Source: an uncultured beta proteobacterium (GTDB taxonomy: Bacteria > Pseudomonadota > Gammaproteobacteria > Burkholderiales > Burkholderiaceae_C). Taken from it: a DNA stretch of 48,442 bases. This document shows positions 48,389-48,442 of the stretch, piece by piece. The position numbers were made by a program, and so were the translations under genes. Location of the stretch: the NCBI GenBank assembly GCA_903929815.1, contig CAIYWD010000260.1, forward strand, positions 1-48,442, written 5' to 3'. The notes below the pieces were generated by a model. It made no database searches and was not told the origin of the DNA. It saw nothing but the letters and a program-made list of their open reading frames with translations. The stretch's first letter is position 1. Each line of letters opens with the position of its first letter.

Positions 48389-48442
48389 ATTAAATCAATT
48401 CAGAACAACCAAGACAGGAAAACCCAAAAACCAGCAATTCAG

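Overview
Chromosomal segment of a betaproteobacterium (gene order and proteins look Comamonadaceae-like; this is inference). The conserved backbone is an acrAB-oprM-type RND efflux operon with its AcrR-type regulator, fliRQPONMLKJIHGF/fliE, nrdR-glyA, an HD-GYP protein, folC-dedD-cvpA-purF-metZ-gltX and tRNA-Ala/Glu/Asp. Accessory DNA occurs in three places: (i) a translationally coupled type I RM operon carrying two DUF1016/YhcG nucleases and RhuM genes (0.55-9.9 kb); (ii) a ~6.5 kb stack of TA modules, a HincII-like RM pair and a multi-PAS hybrid kinase between acrA and acrR; (iii) a decayed island after tRNA-Asp (brnTA, IS21 istB remnant). The most striking signal is absent from the ORF track: at least six families of short inverted-repeat elements (MITEs, my labels A-F). 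Families A-D have readable target-site duplications (TTA, 8 bp, 9 bp), the elements nest inside one another, and they have hit both restriction systems (hsdS split by a 100-bp element; HincII-like endonuclease truncated) while both methyltransferases remain intact. All family assignments are from motif recognition by eye; no database searches were run.
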